Assembly (NCBI GenBank): GCA_000091205.1
Contig: AP006493.2
DNA: 64,000 bases
Reading direction: 5' to 3' (one strand)
DNA from: Cyanidioschyzon merolae
Lineage: Eukaryota
Shown here: one piece after another, positions 1-11,078 of the stretch
How positions within the stretch are numbered: position 1 is the stretch's first letter
Layout: each line of letters begins with the position of its first letter
Program-made: the position numbers and the translations under genes
The notes under the pieces: generated by a model
What the model saw: only the letters and a program-made list of their open reading frames with translations
Databases searched by the model: none
Told to the model about the DNA's origin: nothing

Positions 1-1629
1 GGACAAGGGCAGACTAGTTGCGAGGCTTGCCCACCTGGTTTCTATACAAACCAAACAGGATCGACCTCGTGCAGTTCCTGCGCTCCAGGGCATTATCAGC
101 CCAGCACTGGCGCCGGCGGCTGCTTACCGTGTCCCGCTGGTACTCGGGCCGGCGCGTCCGGTGCTCCACGCTGCGATGCCTGCCCTTCGGGAACATTCTC
201 TAACGTGACAGGTGCTGCAGTCTGCATAGAATGCCCAGCAGGTTGGTACTCCCAGGGTAATAGTACAAAGTGTATCGCTTGCGACACAGGGAGTTACGCG
301 CAGTTCAATGCCAGCGGCTCATGCACAGAAGCGCCACCGGGGAGTTTTGTCAACAGTACTGGAGCGGCGTACTTCCAGTATTGTCCACCGGGAACATTTT
401 CAAACCGGAGCGGTGCATCCAAGTGCGAACCATGTGAAACAGGAACCTTCGTGACTTATCTGGGCGCGACATCGTGCACAGCGTGCCGTGCGGGCTACTC
501 CGCGCCTGCCAACGGCTCTGTGAACTGCACCGTTTGTCCGGCCGGTACATTTGCGTATACAGCCCCGGACGCTGCTGGGCTTGGGCGAGGGGCGTCCACA
601 TGCAAGCCCTGCCCAAAAGGGACTTTTAATCAATACGAGGCGCATACGAAGTGTGAGCCTGCTCCCAAGGGAGGCTACGTGAGCACTGACGGATCCACGA
701 AATATGAAGTGTGCTCGCCTGGGATGTATTCAGATTCCTCGGGTGCTTTTGTCTGCGAGCCGTGTCCGAACGGGTATATGAGCGCCAACAGCTCCGCAAC
801 TTCTTGCGTCAAATGCCCCGCAAACACGTATTCAGCGAACAGAACCGGTTCAACGGCGTGCAAACCGTGCCCAACTTTGGCGTACTTTGAGAGTGTCGTC
901 GTGCCTCAGTACCGCGTCTGCAGTCCGAATGCGGCATCCGTTTTCGCAATCATTGCCGTTATTCTTGCTGGAATCCTACTTGCCATGCTCGTTTGGTACC
1001 TTGCTCGCCGCTACAGAGCGTACAGAGGGACAAAGCCTAACAAACGGGAACAAGATGTTGCTTCATCTGCTCCGCGCTCCGCGGAGGTGACCCACCGCCG
1101 CAAGTCGCGATCAGTATTGCGCCGTGGTAGCGATGACGGAGAAGTGCACCCAATGGACACCGTTTCAACGTTTGCAGCAATTCCCGTGTCAAGAGACGAA
1201 TTGGAAAGCAAATTCAGGACGCATCGCTCCTTTTCCGAGGCGATAGAGCCGGTCACGCCGGATCAACCGCAGCGCCGAATATCAAGATACAGTCGCTCGG
1301 TTTCAGCTTCGAGATTCGGAATCCTTCTGGCATCCACTGCAGCATCTGGAGAGGGACGCTCCCAAAGTCTCACCCGGAAACGTCTATCATTCGCTACAGA
1401 GCAAGCGGCACGGGAGAGTGCCCACGGAGACGATGCAGCTTCCGACACGGACGATATTGTCCCGCTGCCGGGCAGCACACCCCAGCACCTGGCAGGAAAT
1501 ACTCCGCGAAAGCAGATTACGTTCGCAACTCCACAAAAAGAGCCAAAGTGGATTAGGGTCAGGACGGAGGAAGGTGCATATTACTTGCTGAATCGCCTGA
1601 ACGGAGAAATGTACGCGATCGGACCCTGA
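1..1629 (+). CDS. 5'-partial gene for a cysteine-rich repeat membrane protein (ephrin-receptor-like / TNFR-like Cys repeats, one TM helix, basic cytoplasmic tail)
   Basis: The frame is open from base 1, so the gene is truncated at the window edge. It contains >15 tandem repeats of the pattern C..C..G.[FY]....G...C..C ('CEACPPGFY', 'CIECPAGWY', 'CTVCPAGTF', 'CEPCPNGYM'). A hydrophobic stretch 'VFAIIAVILAGILLAMLVWYL' is followed by RRYRAYRG. Stop TGA at 1627-1629. Confidence 0.55.
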   Translation, partial: GQGQTSCEACPPGFYTNQTGSTSCSSCAPGHYQPSTGAGGCLPCPAGTRAGASGAPRCDACPSGTFSNVTGAAVCIECPAGWYSQGNSTKCIACDTGSYAQFNASGSCTEAPPGSFVNSTGAAYFQYCPPGTFSNRSGASKCEPCETGTFVTYLGATSCTACRAGYSAPANGSVNCTVCPAGTFAYTAPDAAGLGRGASTCKPCPKGTFNQYEAHTKCEPAPKGGYVSTDGSTKYEVCSPGMYSDSSGAFVCEPCPNGYMSANSSATSCVKCPANTYSANRTGSTACKPCPTLAYFESVVVPQYRVCSPNAASVFAIIAVILAGILLAMLVWYLARRYRAYRGTKPNKREQDVASSAPRSAEVTHRRKSRSVLRRGSDDGEVHPMDTVSTFAAIPVSRDELESKFRTHRSFSEAIEPVTPDQPQRRISRYSRSVSASRFGILLASTAASGEGRSQSLTRKRLSFATEQAARESAHGDDAASDTDDIVPLPGSTPQHLAGNTPRKQITFATPQKEPKWIRVRTEEGAYYLLNRLNGEMYAIGP

Positions 1630-1675
1630 TTCATGGAGCATGGCGCATCGCTTAAAGTCGGATGCCATTGGCAGA

Positions 1676-2869
1676 CTATCCCCCGGCAGGATTCGGGAAC
1701 GCCGCCCGCGGAGTGCCTTCATCTATGTCTGATTTCGGCGTGTACGCTTCTGTTGAGGCAGCACCGGAGCTCGTTCGCACGGCGTCGGCTGCAAAAGGGT
1801 GCATGCTCATGATGAGAAGGTCCAGCTCCGCCAAACCGTGTATCCTTTGAGCGTGGAATAGCAGATTAGCCTTTTGTGCGAAAGGACGGCCGCAATCCAA
1901 AACCGGGCAACGGAAGCGTATTTCCCTCAGATGCACGGCTCTGTAGTGCGTGTTTGCGTTTCCTTTCTGAGAGAATCTTCTACCACAGCCCGGATACGGG
2001 CAGCCGAATGGCTTTTCTCGCTCGTGAACTGTTCTTATGTGAACCTGCAAATTCCCACTCAGGGTAAAACGCCGCCCGCAGCCCGAAAAAGGACACACGT
2101 GCTTTCCAAACTGGCCCCGCTGCGCACCGGGTGGCAAATTCGAGCACCTTCGTTTGCGGCGAGGCTGCAGGGAAGTCCCCGAGTGATAACGCTGATCCAA
2201 TGTTATTAGACGTGCGGCTTCTGAATCGATCCTGCCGAGCCACGTTCCGGTCGGAGCTGACCGTGGCGTTGCCGGAAAGCGACTCAGTGGCGAGCTTTCG
2301 GAGATGCTTGACATTACATTTCCACTGGATTCATCGCACTCGAGAGCAAACAGCTCCGCTCCCGAGACGGCCAGCGCATCGGTCGTTCGACTTGTCGATG
2401 GCGCACTGTGGGGAATGCTATCTTGTGAAGGCGAGTCTAATGTCGATGCGCCAGGTGCGGTGCACACCGAACTGATGTCCTCTGACGCGCATCGACTTAG
2501 AGGTCGACTCGTTTCAAAGGAGGGCGACCACAAGTTCGCGACCGGAAAGGCTGGAGCCGAAAGCGGCGCGCACGGGATCCCCGTCTCGTGTAGCAGAGCT
2601 TGGGTCCCGCTGGTCACGGAGACCGACAGCTCTCTCCAGGGAGGCCTCCTAGTGCTCTTTCCGACATTCGCTTGCCTAACTGTACCTTTCGGGGGTACAT
2701 TCTGTTCATGATCCTCAAGGAGATCAGCTATGTGCACGCGTAGATCGTGTTCTGAGAAAGCCGCGCGAAAGGGTTCCGCTCCAATGCCGCTCGCACTCGG
2801 CTGTTCAGAAGACGTTCCTCGAGCGTCGCTGGGCGTCACCGCTTCCATCCCCTGAGCTGTGTCACTCAC
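1676..2869 (-). CDS. C2H2 zinc-finger protein (three tandem fingers in C-terminal half)
   Basis: Classical C-x2-4-C...H-x3-5-H spacing three times in a row: 'HVCPFSGCGRRFTLSGNLQVHIRTVH', 'FGCPYPGCGRRFSQKGNANTHYRAVH', 'FRCPVLDCGRPFAQKANLLFHAQRIH'. The true start may be an internal Met. Confidence 0.5.
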   Translation of the reverse strand: MSDTAQGMEAVTPSDARGTSSEQPSASGIGAEPFRAAFSEHDLRVHIADLLEDHEQNVPPKGTVRQANVGKSTRRPPWRELSVSVTSGTQALLHETGIPCAPLSAPAFPVANLWSPSFETSRPLSRCASEDISSVCTAPGASTLDSPSQDSIPHSAPSTSRTTDALAVSGAELFALECDESSGNVMSSISESSPLSRFPATPRSAPTGTWLGRIDSEAARLITLDQRYHSGTSLQPRRKRRCSNLPPGAQRGQFGKHVCPFSGCGRRFTLSGNLQVHIRTVHEREKPFGCPYPGCGRRFSQKGNANTHYRAVHLREIRFRCPVLDCGRPFAQKANLLFHAQRIHGLAELDLLIMSMHPFAADAVRTSSGAASTEAYTPKSDIDEGTPRAAFPNPAGG

Positions 2870-4417
2870 TGAACAGGTGGCCCACGAAACGTGGAAGCGT
2901 TAAAAAGCAAAGATATCAACTAAACCAATGATAAACACAGAAAAGTCAAAGAAGACGCTTACAGCCCCTTCAAGCGGGACTGCCTCCGCGATTCAGAGCA
3001 CAGCAAGTCTCAAACCTGCTACGTCCTTCGAACCTTCCTTCTCGGGGCACCTCGTGCTTCTACCAACCCTCAACGGTCTTTTAAGACGCACGAAGCGCAC
3101 CAGGAGCTCGAATCTCTAACGAACAGAGCCCGAAAATGGATCTTTATCGTGTGTCTCTTTCAGGCGCCGCCTGCATCTGTGCGGGTTGTCATGTCGACCA
3201 GGCCGATTTCATGGCGGATGGCAGGGGCGCGGCTGCGAATCGAACGGAGGGCTGTGCGAAGCGCAGGCCCCGACCTATTTCTACGGCTGCGCATATGGAC
3301 ACGTGTCAGGGAAAACGATCTCCGCGCGTGCACTCCAATTCTGGCAGGCTGGTGCGTCACGGTCACATTGCTGCTCCACGCTCATGTCGATCGCGCTGCG
3401 TTCGCTGCTGCTTGACGTGACGCGGTATCGGTCGTGAGGGACAGATGGAGACGCAGAAGTAGGCACTGTGCACGAGATGCTCCACAGGTGCGGGACACGT
3501 TTAGATGTAACTCGAGACCCTAATTGGGAAATATATCAAACAAGAGATTGTGTGTCCCAAGTGCAAAGGCGCCCAAGACTCTCACGTTCGAGTGCGAGAT
3601 TTTCTCGTCGCTGAGAAACACTAGGTTTGCACCCAGAGGAGACGAGTAAAACTGTGTGCTTTGAGACGTGTAGCTTGGTTCCTGTGGAAGCCTTGTCTAT
3701 AAGACTTTGACATACGCATGCGACCGCGCCATTTTTCCCGGTCGTTGACTGACGAAGCTCGACAGTTCGACTTCCTTACCTGTAGAAAATTAACGACTCA
3801 CTCTGCACCTGCGCACTGCTGTACGTCATGGTTGCGCAGGCTGTACCGCGCATGAATACCAATTAAGCAAATAGGTAAGCTCGCTTCAACTATTACTGTA
3901 GTTGGAGGATGGCAACGGTTTCGATGAAAAGCAGAGCACAGGCCTGTGGGCTATGCCCTCGGGAGCTGTAGGACTTCGATCTGCAGCCGTGGAAAAGTAA
4001 AGCGGGGCACTGTGCTGCATGCTTTTGTTCATGTCTACTGATATTCTTTCCGAATTGTTTTCAGAGTTACTGCGTCGACATTCAAAGTGCAGCCGCAAGA
4101 GCACACGGCTCTGTACGGAGGTTTGCGATGATCCGGCGTCGTTTCGAGTCGCTCATTCAACTCGCTGTCGTTGGAACTCGTTCCGCCACCGGAATCACGA
4201 TGCTTTGCGACGCTCTCGAACGAAGATTCGTAAAATAACCGATCTGGTTATCCTGTTTGTACGCACAAGCCGTATCTTCACAGTTCCTTAATTGGAGCAT
4301 GCTCATATTACACGTTCTTCAAATTTTCAATCTTTCTAGTTAAAGGCAACTCGTGGGCGCAGCAATGCGATCCTCTGAATATACGAGGAAAACTACCAAT
4401 CGTCTTTGACGACTTTT

Positions 4418-5003
4418 TTACAAACTCACGCCAAAATTGCACTGAACAGCACATGAGAGATAATCGATGCCGCTCGAAACGCAAGGCGTTCTCTCTTTGT
4501 GGATATCAAAGAAACGGGATTCTACAGCTGCATGATGTCCCGAAAGGGATGTGCTCCTAGAGGTTCCGGTCTCTTTTGTTTCCATACAAAATCGTTCTCG
4601 ACCCGGACTTGAGTCATCGCAGCGATCGCTTCCAGTGGAGAGGGCGTCATCGCTTTGCAACATGATAGTATAGACCGATCGAAATTTCTCGGTTTGCTCT
4701 CCAGCCCGAGGGCTCTTTCCGATGCTTGTTCGATCGTGGACGAAATCGCACCCCATAAATACCATTTTGAATGGAACAGCACGCGCTTGCGCGTGCCACA
4801 GACAGCGTACATGTCGAAGAAATTGCCCAGTGGGACCCCGTGGTCTTGAGAAACGGTACGGGGCGTTGAAACGGAGAATGGCACCAGTGATAGCGTCCTG
4901 TGCCCGTCAAGGGTATGTACTGAGTAACGCAGTAGGCGTTCACGCGGCACAAGTCAGCTCTGGTAGGCGGAGGTATGATTGACATGTAGTAACACACGAC
5001 CAC
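4418..5003 (+). pseudogene. degenerate fragment of a TnpB/Fanzor-like element (middle 'F.EWNS' block only)
   Basis: The + frame 4655..4849 gives 'KYHFEWNSTRLRVPQTAY', matching 'FIEWNSMHFRMLRTEY' of the 17.25-18.15 kb copy and 'AAWNSG...FRKFMEVRIAHWDALWEEY' of the 39.5-41.6 kb copy. The opposite-strand translations 'CCKAMTPSPLEAIAAMTQV' and 'LQSDDALSTGSDRC' match 'ACKAMTNSPTEANAAITQ' and 'LQSDDELSNGSERC' at 17651..18142. No intact RuvC-III follows. Confidence 0.3.
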
Positions 5004-5980
5004 AACCAGGTGTCACAGCCGCGAAGGACACACCTACGCTGTACATAAAGACGATGAACCTGGCAAGGGAAGTGTAGATCCTAGCCTCCCTCTGTGCATG
5101 AAATGCGGAGATAACAGCCGGCAGCAGCGAAATCAGGACTCTAACGCCGCCGTCAACATACCGTGACTGCTGACAACGGAACTGGACGGACAGGAGAGAC
5201 CGACTAATTTCAGGCCGGTGCTTTCAGAGAGCGAAAAAAATTTGTCAAAGAACAAGCCCACAAATGCTGGTGTTCTTAACTGTGGAAAAAGATCCAAACT
5301 TTAGCTTGTACGCTCGTGTTAGAGTAAATGTTCCATTTTATTCTGACGTAGGTGTCGATGATCGACGAGCATCCGCTGAAAGTTCCACGATAGTGCAGAG
5401 CCTCGATCCGGTTGTAGTCCAGGGCGAAAGCATGTGGGGGCTCGGAATCCAATCAAAGACTTTGTGTCGTTACCACTGATGCGTGTTCCCATGGTGCACT
5501 GTAGGTGCGTCTTATCGGACTCCCAGGGATAGCTACCAGCTGTCGATAAGCAGCGGTAATACCATCGTGTACCCACGCACGCTCTAGAGAATCCCGTGCG
5601 CCTCTGATCCACATGCCAACAAAATTGCGAGAAAAAAGTGAACAATTTTCTACTGGTGCCAATAGCACTCAGAGATACGCGTCCAGCCATTCACCAGGAT
5701 AAGGTGCACAACGCGTTGCAGGGCGCTGTCGCGTTCCAGTTCCACGCTTGGAGCAGCCTCGAAGCACTGCGCCGCATTTGATGGCGCTTCGCGCGCCGAC
5801 TGGACGGTGCCGTTCCAACGCGCAGACGTTAGGGAGGGTCGCTCTCCGCCTCGACAAGCCGTACCCAGTAAACCTCTCGGGAGAGTTCCTTGTGCGAGAC
5901 AAAAGCTTACCTTACTCGAGATCCTTCGATTCGTACGCGGTAACCCGAGACGCTTCATAAGTGAAGTCTTGCTTTTCTCC

Positions 5981-7360
5981 ATGAACGGGTCAGGACCTGG
6001 GGTGCTCTCGGCAGCAGCGCAGGGAGCACAAGGCATCCGTTCGAGCACTGTTCACGTCATCGCGGCAACTGTTGGCATTGCTCGACTTCGTGAGGATGTG
6101 GCTGCCTACCTCGCAACAGACGCTGAGTATCGGCTACGTGAAATTATCCAAGAAGCAGGCAAGTTTATGCGGCACTCCAAGCGCAGGCGTTTAAAAACGT
6201 CAGACATAGCAGCGGCGCTGCGACTGCGAAACCTAGAGCCTCTCTATGGATTCAGCTCCAACGAGTCTGCACCTTTCGTTGGTGTGACACTGCCAGGAGA
6301 AAGTTCCCTGGGTGGAAGCAACACAGTCTACTTTGTAGGTGACGAGGAAGTAGACTTGCGAGATATCCTTGACGGTGAACTGCCGCGTGTACCTCTCGAG
6401 ACCACACTAGCGCTTCACTGGCTCGCAATTGAGGGCATACAGCCTAGAATTCCACAAAACCCTGCAGATGTTTCGAGTACGGCGCGACAGTCTTTGACCT
6501 ATATCCTTCGAGACACCGTGCACGATGAGCCAGGTCGAAACGCGTCGGATACCCCAGACACCGACACTGGGATGGTATCTTTTCGACCCAAAGTAAGGCA
6601 CGTTGTGTCGCGTGAACTGCAGCTGTATTACGAACTGGCTATTGAAGCATTGACTAGGAGCGCGCAGGAAACAGATGAAACGCTGCGGAATGCTTGCCTT
6701 GCCTCCATCGCGAGGGATCCTGGCTTGCAACAACTCGTGCCCTATTTTGTTGCCTTCCTATTCCACCATGTCTCGAACCATTGTCGCGATTTGCCACAGC
6801 TGCAGGTTTCCATGAAGCTGGCTCGGGCGCTCCTTGAGAATCGCTATGTGGGACTGGAACCATATTTGCATCAGCTGATGCCCTCCATCATTACTTGTAT
6901 TGTGGGTCGTTATCTGTGTCGCACTGCGGACGAGGATCATTGGACCTTACGGGAGAATGCTGCCTCGCTTCTCGCAGATGTTCACAAAATGTACGGTGGT
7001 ACCTACGAGAATCTGTTGCCTCGTATTGCAGAGACGCTGCGTCTTGCGTTAGTGGGTGAAGACAAAGCTCTTACTACACAGTACGGTGCTATTGTAGCAT
7101 TTCAGGAACTAGGTCCAGCTCTGGTAGAGGCACACATTGTGCCGCTTGCACCTAACTTGCTCGAAAGATGGGAGCGCAAGATCGAGCACGAGCTCGGTGA
7201 AGCGCCAATAAAATCAGCTGAGCTAGAGCTGGCAACGTCACCCAAGTGGTCAGAATTACGTCGTGTATATGCTGCTCTGGCAAAAGCGTTAGGCGTCGGA
7301 GCAGAAACCCTTGAGGCGAAGTATGGCAGCAAATATGCGCACTTCGTCATCCCTTCGTGA
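5981..7360 (+). CDS. TAF6: TFIID subunit TAF6 (histone-fold N-terminus plus HEAT/ARM-like C-terminal domain)
   Basis: The 517-aa ORF starts at 5807; an ATG at 5981 is the likely start. The N-terminal histone-fold region 'VHVIAATVGIARLREDVAAYLATDAEYRLREIIQEAGKFMRHSKRRRLKTSDIAAALRLRNLEPLYGF' matches the TAF6 pattern, and the C-terminal region 'LHQLMPSIITCIVGRYLC...HWTLRENAASLLADV' matches the TAF6 conserved domain. Single exon. Confidence 0.65.
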   Translation: MNGSGPGVLSAAAQGAQGIRSSTVHVIAATVGIARLREDVAAYLATDAEYRLREIIQEAGKFMRHSKRRRLKTSDIAAALRLRNLEPLYGFSSNESAPFVGVTLPGESSLGGSNTVYFVGDEEVDLRDILDGELPRVPLETTLALHWLAIEGIQPRIPQNPADVSSTARQSLTYILRDTVHDEPGRNASDTPDTDTGMVSFRPKVRHVVSRELQLYYELAIEALTRSAQETDETLRNACLASIARDPGLQQLVPYFVAFLFHHVSNHCRDLPQLQVSMKLARALLENRYVGLEPYLHQLMPSIITCIVGRYLCRTADEDHWTLRENAASLLADVHKMYGGTYENLLPRIAETLRLALVGEDKALTTQYGAIVAFQELGPALVEAHIVPLAPNLLERWERKIEHELGEAPIKSAELELATSPKWSELRRVYAALAKALGVGAETLEAKYGSKYAHFVIPS

Positions 7361-8325
7361 GCACGCTCAGCGCTGGCATGAGTAGCCAGATACGCAACAT
7401 CGCCAATGCGGAACGCTCGCTCCGCAGCCGCTTGCCGACGCTAGTGCTCGCTGGGGCGTGCTGCGAACCATGCAGAACACGTCCAGAGCAGTTGATTAGA
7501 TTCGAAGAGCTCACACTCAGAGCCATCGGCGCGCGTCGACCCGAATGGATGGATACTTGCTCTCGAAGCGCACAGAGCATACGAACGACGGGAAAAAATG
7601 TCTCGCACACGCTAGAACGCGGAAACGAAAACATCCACATTGCTGCGAGGTGAAGTCATGATCGAGATGCCACACAGAGGTTTCGGGTTGATAGATCCTA
7701 GGCGACTGCCGACACTGAAGAGCACCAGATCATCGATGGAAGAATCGACATGGACCGATGTTGTTTTGTGAAAGAATCCTCGTGAACGCCATCTTGTCAG
7801 GTGAATCAGTTGATCATCGATGTTTACCAATCATGTACAGCTCGCAGCGCCACTGCCGTCATTTGCATCATTGCAGTGCCGCTTGTGCGGTCGAATTGCA
7901 CAGCTTCAAAGTGCTTCGTTGACGCTCACGGTACCGCAGCATCTACGCAGCTTGCAGCCTGCGTTCATCCACGAATCTTGTTTCCTTGTCATATTTTGAA
8001 TGGCGTCTCGCAAGGCATAAGGCTGACGCGAACGACATGCCCCAGCACTGCTTACATTGTCGAGCCGAGGGGTCTCCCTGCCACCCTAGTCAGCGGGCAA
8101 TTCATGGCCCTGGGCTGCCGTGCGGCGCCCGTGGAAATCTCTCAAAGCATGACGCTGTTGACGTTTGTGCCTAAGATGCTTGTTCTAGTGTCCGTCCACG
8201 GGGGCAGATTAATCCAACTGCCTGCAACCGGCAGCGTGCGGGCATCGCCTGCAGGCCTTCCACGCCGGGCACTCTGCGCCTGCAACCGCACGCAGAGTAA
8301 TCTTCAGGGCAGTACAAGCAGCTGC

Positions 8326-9015
8326 TCACGAATATTGGGGAGAATAAAGCAACCTGCGCCCTGTACGATCCTCAAACGCGTACAGCACTCGCTCTACCGG
8401 ATCGGATGCGTCATGACCGGAATCCATGAGCACCGGCTCCGAGTAACGTCCGCTATCGGCCCGGCTCTGGAGCGCCGCCTCCAATAGCTCACATAAATGC
8501 AGCGCGAGAACTGCACCCTCAGCAGCATCCGCGTACGTGTCCCGAACCTCCAGATTGATGACATGCATGAGCTCGAAGTCTACAGGCTCTCGCTGCTGGC
8601 AGTCTTCGAGAATCGCTTCGAAGACGCGCTCTTCGAAGGACACCACCACATCAAAGTGCTGCCTCGACGCTTCCCGGTCCTGCCAACGCTCGGGGGCCGG
8701 CTTGACCGCCATATTCCGCTCAAGCATGGGTAGTACGGAGGCATTTCGAAAGTATTCCTCGTTCTGCGCACGGAGTTCCTCATATATTTCACGATATGGG
8801 ACACGAAAGTTGTACACAATCGGTTTGTCCGGCGCTGTTCCGGGAAGCTTCACGTTTGCACCAGTGCCGAAAGACCAAACATTAAAACCTCGCTTTTGAA
8901 GCAAGGCATGTGATTCCATTGACCTATTCATATTTGATGCGCATACCATCGCAAAACGCAGCGAAGGCCGCACCTCTCGATCCATGTTACAGAAAGCGCT
9001 GTCTCGCCGCTCCAA
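8326..9015 (-). CDS. SSU72: RNA polymerase II CTD phosphatase SSU72
   Basis: 'PSLRFAMVCASNMNRSMESHALLQKRGFNVWSFGTG' contains the SSU72 active-site signature C-x-S-N-x-N-R-S-M-E-[AS]-H. The length is right (about 200 aa from the internal Met at about 8985). Confidence 0.65.
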   Translation of the reverse strand: MERRDSAFCNMDREVRPSLRFAMVCASNMNRSMESHALLQKRGFNVWSFGTGANVKLPGTAPDKPIVYNFRVPYREIYEELRAQNEEYFRNASVLPMLERNMAVKPAPERWQDREASRQHFDVVVSFEERVFEAILEDCQQREPVDFELMHVINLEVRDTYADAAEGAVLALHLCELLEAALQSRADSGRYSEPVLMDSGHDASDPVERVLYAFEDRTGRRLLYSPQYS

Positions 9016-9611
9016 GCGGCACTGTCATTGACTCGAAACCTCCTGCACCAAAGCCCTGTCTGAACCTCGACGCCAGTGACCGCTGCGTGCCCTCTCAGCG
9101 TTTCACCGTTGCAAGAAGGCACAGCGTTACGAACTCGCGGATCAGCGAACACAGACGCGCTGCCCTGTTCTGTCTTATAATATCGAGTCGATGCCCCACA
9201 AAGGAGCCTCCTTTCAATGGCGGCACAAAGAACTGATGACCACGAAGAGAGCACCGATTCCCTAGACACGCCCTGGACTTACGCGAGCTCAAGACAAGCC
9301 CTGTACGTTCTTTTGCGGTACCGGCGCTTCGTCGGCAGGCGCTAACCCCCAGCAACCTCGCCTTCGAATTCGCCTCACTGAACGCGTGCCCGCCGTGCCA
9401 CGCGTGCGACGGGCAACGCCCGGTGCAGCGTTTACTTGAACCTCGTGAGGCTCTTGAGAAGCGCTGCGAGTGCCATTTTGACGTTATTGTCGATTGCTGC
9501 TTAGCTGAGGATCGGGTCATACGTCAGGAGCAGCAAGGATTGGAGACCGTTGTCCCTACGACAGCATAGCGGCTGATAGTATCGAACAGCCACGGCAGAC
9601 AATCGTGAAGG

Positions 9612-11078
9612 GTGGCCTCAATTTGTGTGGAGCCCCGGGGTTACTCGGGGAAACGTTTGAACGACAAACGCGGGACGGTGAACCCGGGCCAACGCGAGGT
9701 CGTGCTCGCTTTCCGTATGCCAGAGGAAACGAAGCCGGTGGAGAACCAGGTAGCGCCGACCACCGGCGAGTCTAGTTTTGCAGCTTTAGGTGTCTGTGCT
9801 GTGCTATGCGATGCCTGCCGTTTGTTGAACTATCGAGAGCCGACGCCTATCCAGCGAGAAGCGATTCCAGCTGCGCTCGCCGGGAAGGATATTGTTGGCC
9901 TCGCGCAAACCGGCTCTGGAAAGACGGCAGCGTTCGCAATACCTATCCTGCAGTTTCTGCTCGAGGATCCCCGTCCATACTTCGCTCTTGTCCTTTCACC
10001 TACGCGCGAGTTGGCGTTCCAAATTAGCGAACAGTTCCTCGCGCTCGGCAGCGAGATAGGGGTCCGAGTTGCGACCCTGGTAGGCGGCATGGACATGGTT
10101 GGTCAAGCAGTCACGTTGGCGAAGCGGCCTCATGTGGTTGTCGGTACCCCGGGTCGGGTAGTTGATCACTTGACTGCAACGAAAGGTTTCACATTGAAAC
10201 ATGTTCGAATTTTGGTGCTCGATGAGGCGGATCGACTCTTGAACATGGACTTTGAAGAGGAACTGGATCAGATCCTCGCCGCTGTGCCCCGCAGCGATGC
10301 TGACCCCTCCAAAGGCGAAACTTTTGCGCGCAAGACGTACCTTTTCTCAGCAACGATGACATCCCAGGTAGCAAAGCTGCAGCGAGCTTCCTTGCGATCG
10401 AAGGAAACCGTGCGGATCGAGGTATCGGCAAAGTACTCCACGGTTGAGACGCTTGTGCAACATTATCTCTTTATACCAGAAAAATACAAAGATTGTTATT
10501 TGACGTACCTATTCGAAGAACTTGTCGCAAGGCATAGTTGCATTGTATTTACGGACACGCAGAGCAGTGCACAGCGCCTGGCGCTGATGCTACGGAATCT
10601 GGGATACGGTGCGGTCTGCATCCACGGTGGTATGAGTCAGCCTAACCGCTTGGGCGCTCTGAATCAGTTCAAGTCCGGCGAAAAGCACATTCTTGTCGCA
10701 ACTGATGTTGCGTCTCGTGGTCTAGACATTCCGCTGGTAGACTTTGTGATTAATTACGATATCCCGCCACACGGCAAGGACTATATTCATCGCGTGGGGC
10801 GCACCGCACGCGCCGGGCGAACCGGCCGAGCGATCAGCCTTGTTTCTCAGTACGATGTAGAATTGTTTCAAAAGGTTGAGAAGCTGCTCGGTCGCCAGCT
10901 GGAAGCGCTCGCCGGCGTTCAACAGGAGCATGTGCTGCTGCTTCTGGATCGAGTGAGTGAGGCAGCACGGCTCGCAGTGCAAGAGATACGGGAAGAGAAA
11001 CTTGTTTTGCACGCTGCTGCTCGAAAGCGACGAATCCCTGCAGGTGCATCGGTTTCTCGACGACGTAGGCGCAGCTAA
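9612..11078 (+). CDS. DEAD-box ATP-dependent RNA helicase (DDX47/Rrp3-like)
   Basis: Helicase motifs are present: Q 'TPIQREAIP', I '[11 protein letters not shown]', Ia 'PTRELA', II 'VLDEADRLL', III 'SATM', V '[14 protein letters not shown]' and VI '[13 protein letters not shown]'. The likely start is the ATG at about 9717 ('MPEETKP'). Confidence 0.75.
   Translation: MASICVEPRGYSGKRLNDKRGTVNPGQREVVLAFRMPEETKPVENQVAPTTGESSFAALGVCAVLCDACRLLNYREPTPIQREAIPAALAGKDIVGLAQTGSGKTAAFAIPILQFLLEDPRPYFALVLSPTRELAFQISEQFLALGSEIGVRVATLVGGMDMVGQAVTLAKRPHVVVGTPGRVVDHLTATKGFTLKHVRILVLDEADRLLNMDFEEELDQILAAVPRSDADPSKGETFARKTYLFSATMTSQVAKLQRASLRSKETVRIEVSAKYSTVETLVQHYLFIPEKYKDCYLTYLFEELVARHSCIVFTDTQSSAQRLALMLRNLGYGAVCIHGGMSQPNRLGALNQFKSGEKHILVATDVASRGLDIPLVDFVINYDIPPHGKDYIHRVGRTARAGRTGRAISLVSQYDVELFQKVEKLLGRQLEALAGVQQEHVLLLLDRVSEAARLAVQEIREEKLVLHAAARKRRIPAGASVSRRRRRS

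Noticed and set aside
3136-3466. Cluster of five mutually overlapping 60-94-aa ORFs on both strands
   Set aside because: Typical of GC-rich non-coding DNA: Arg/Ala-rich, with no conserved motifs.
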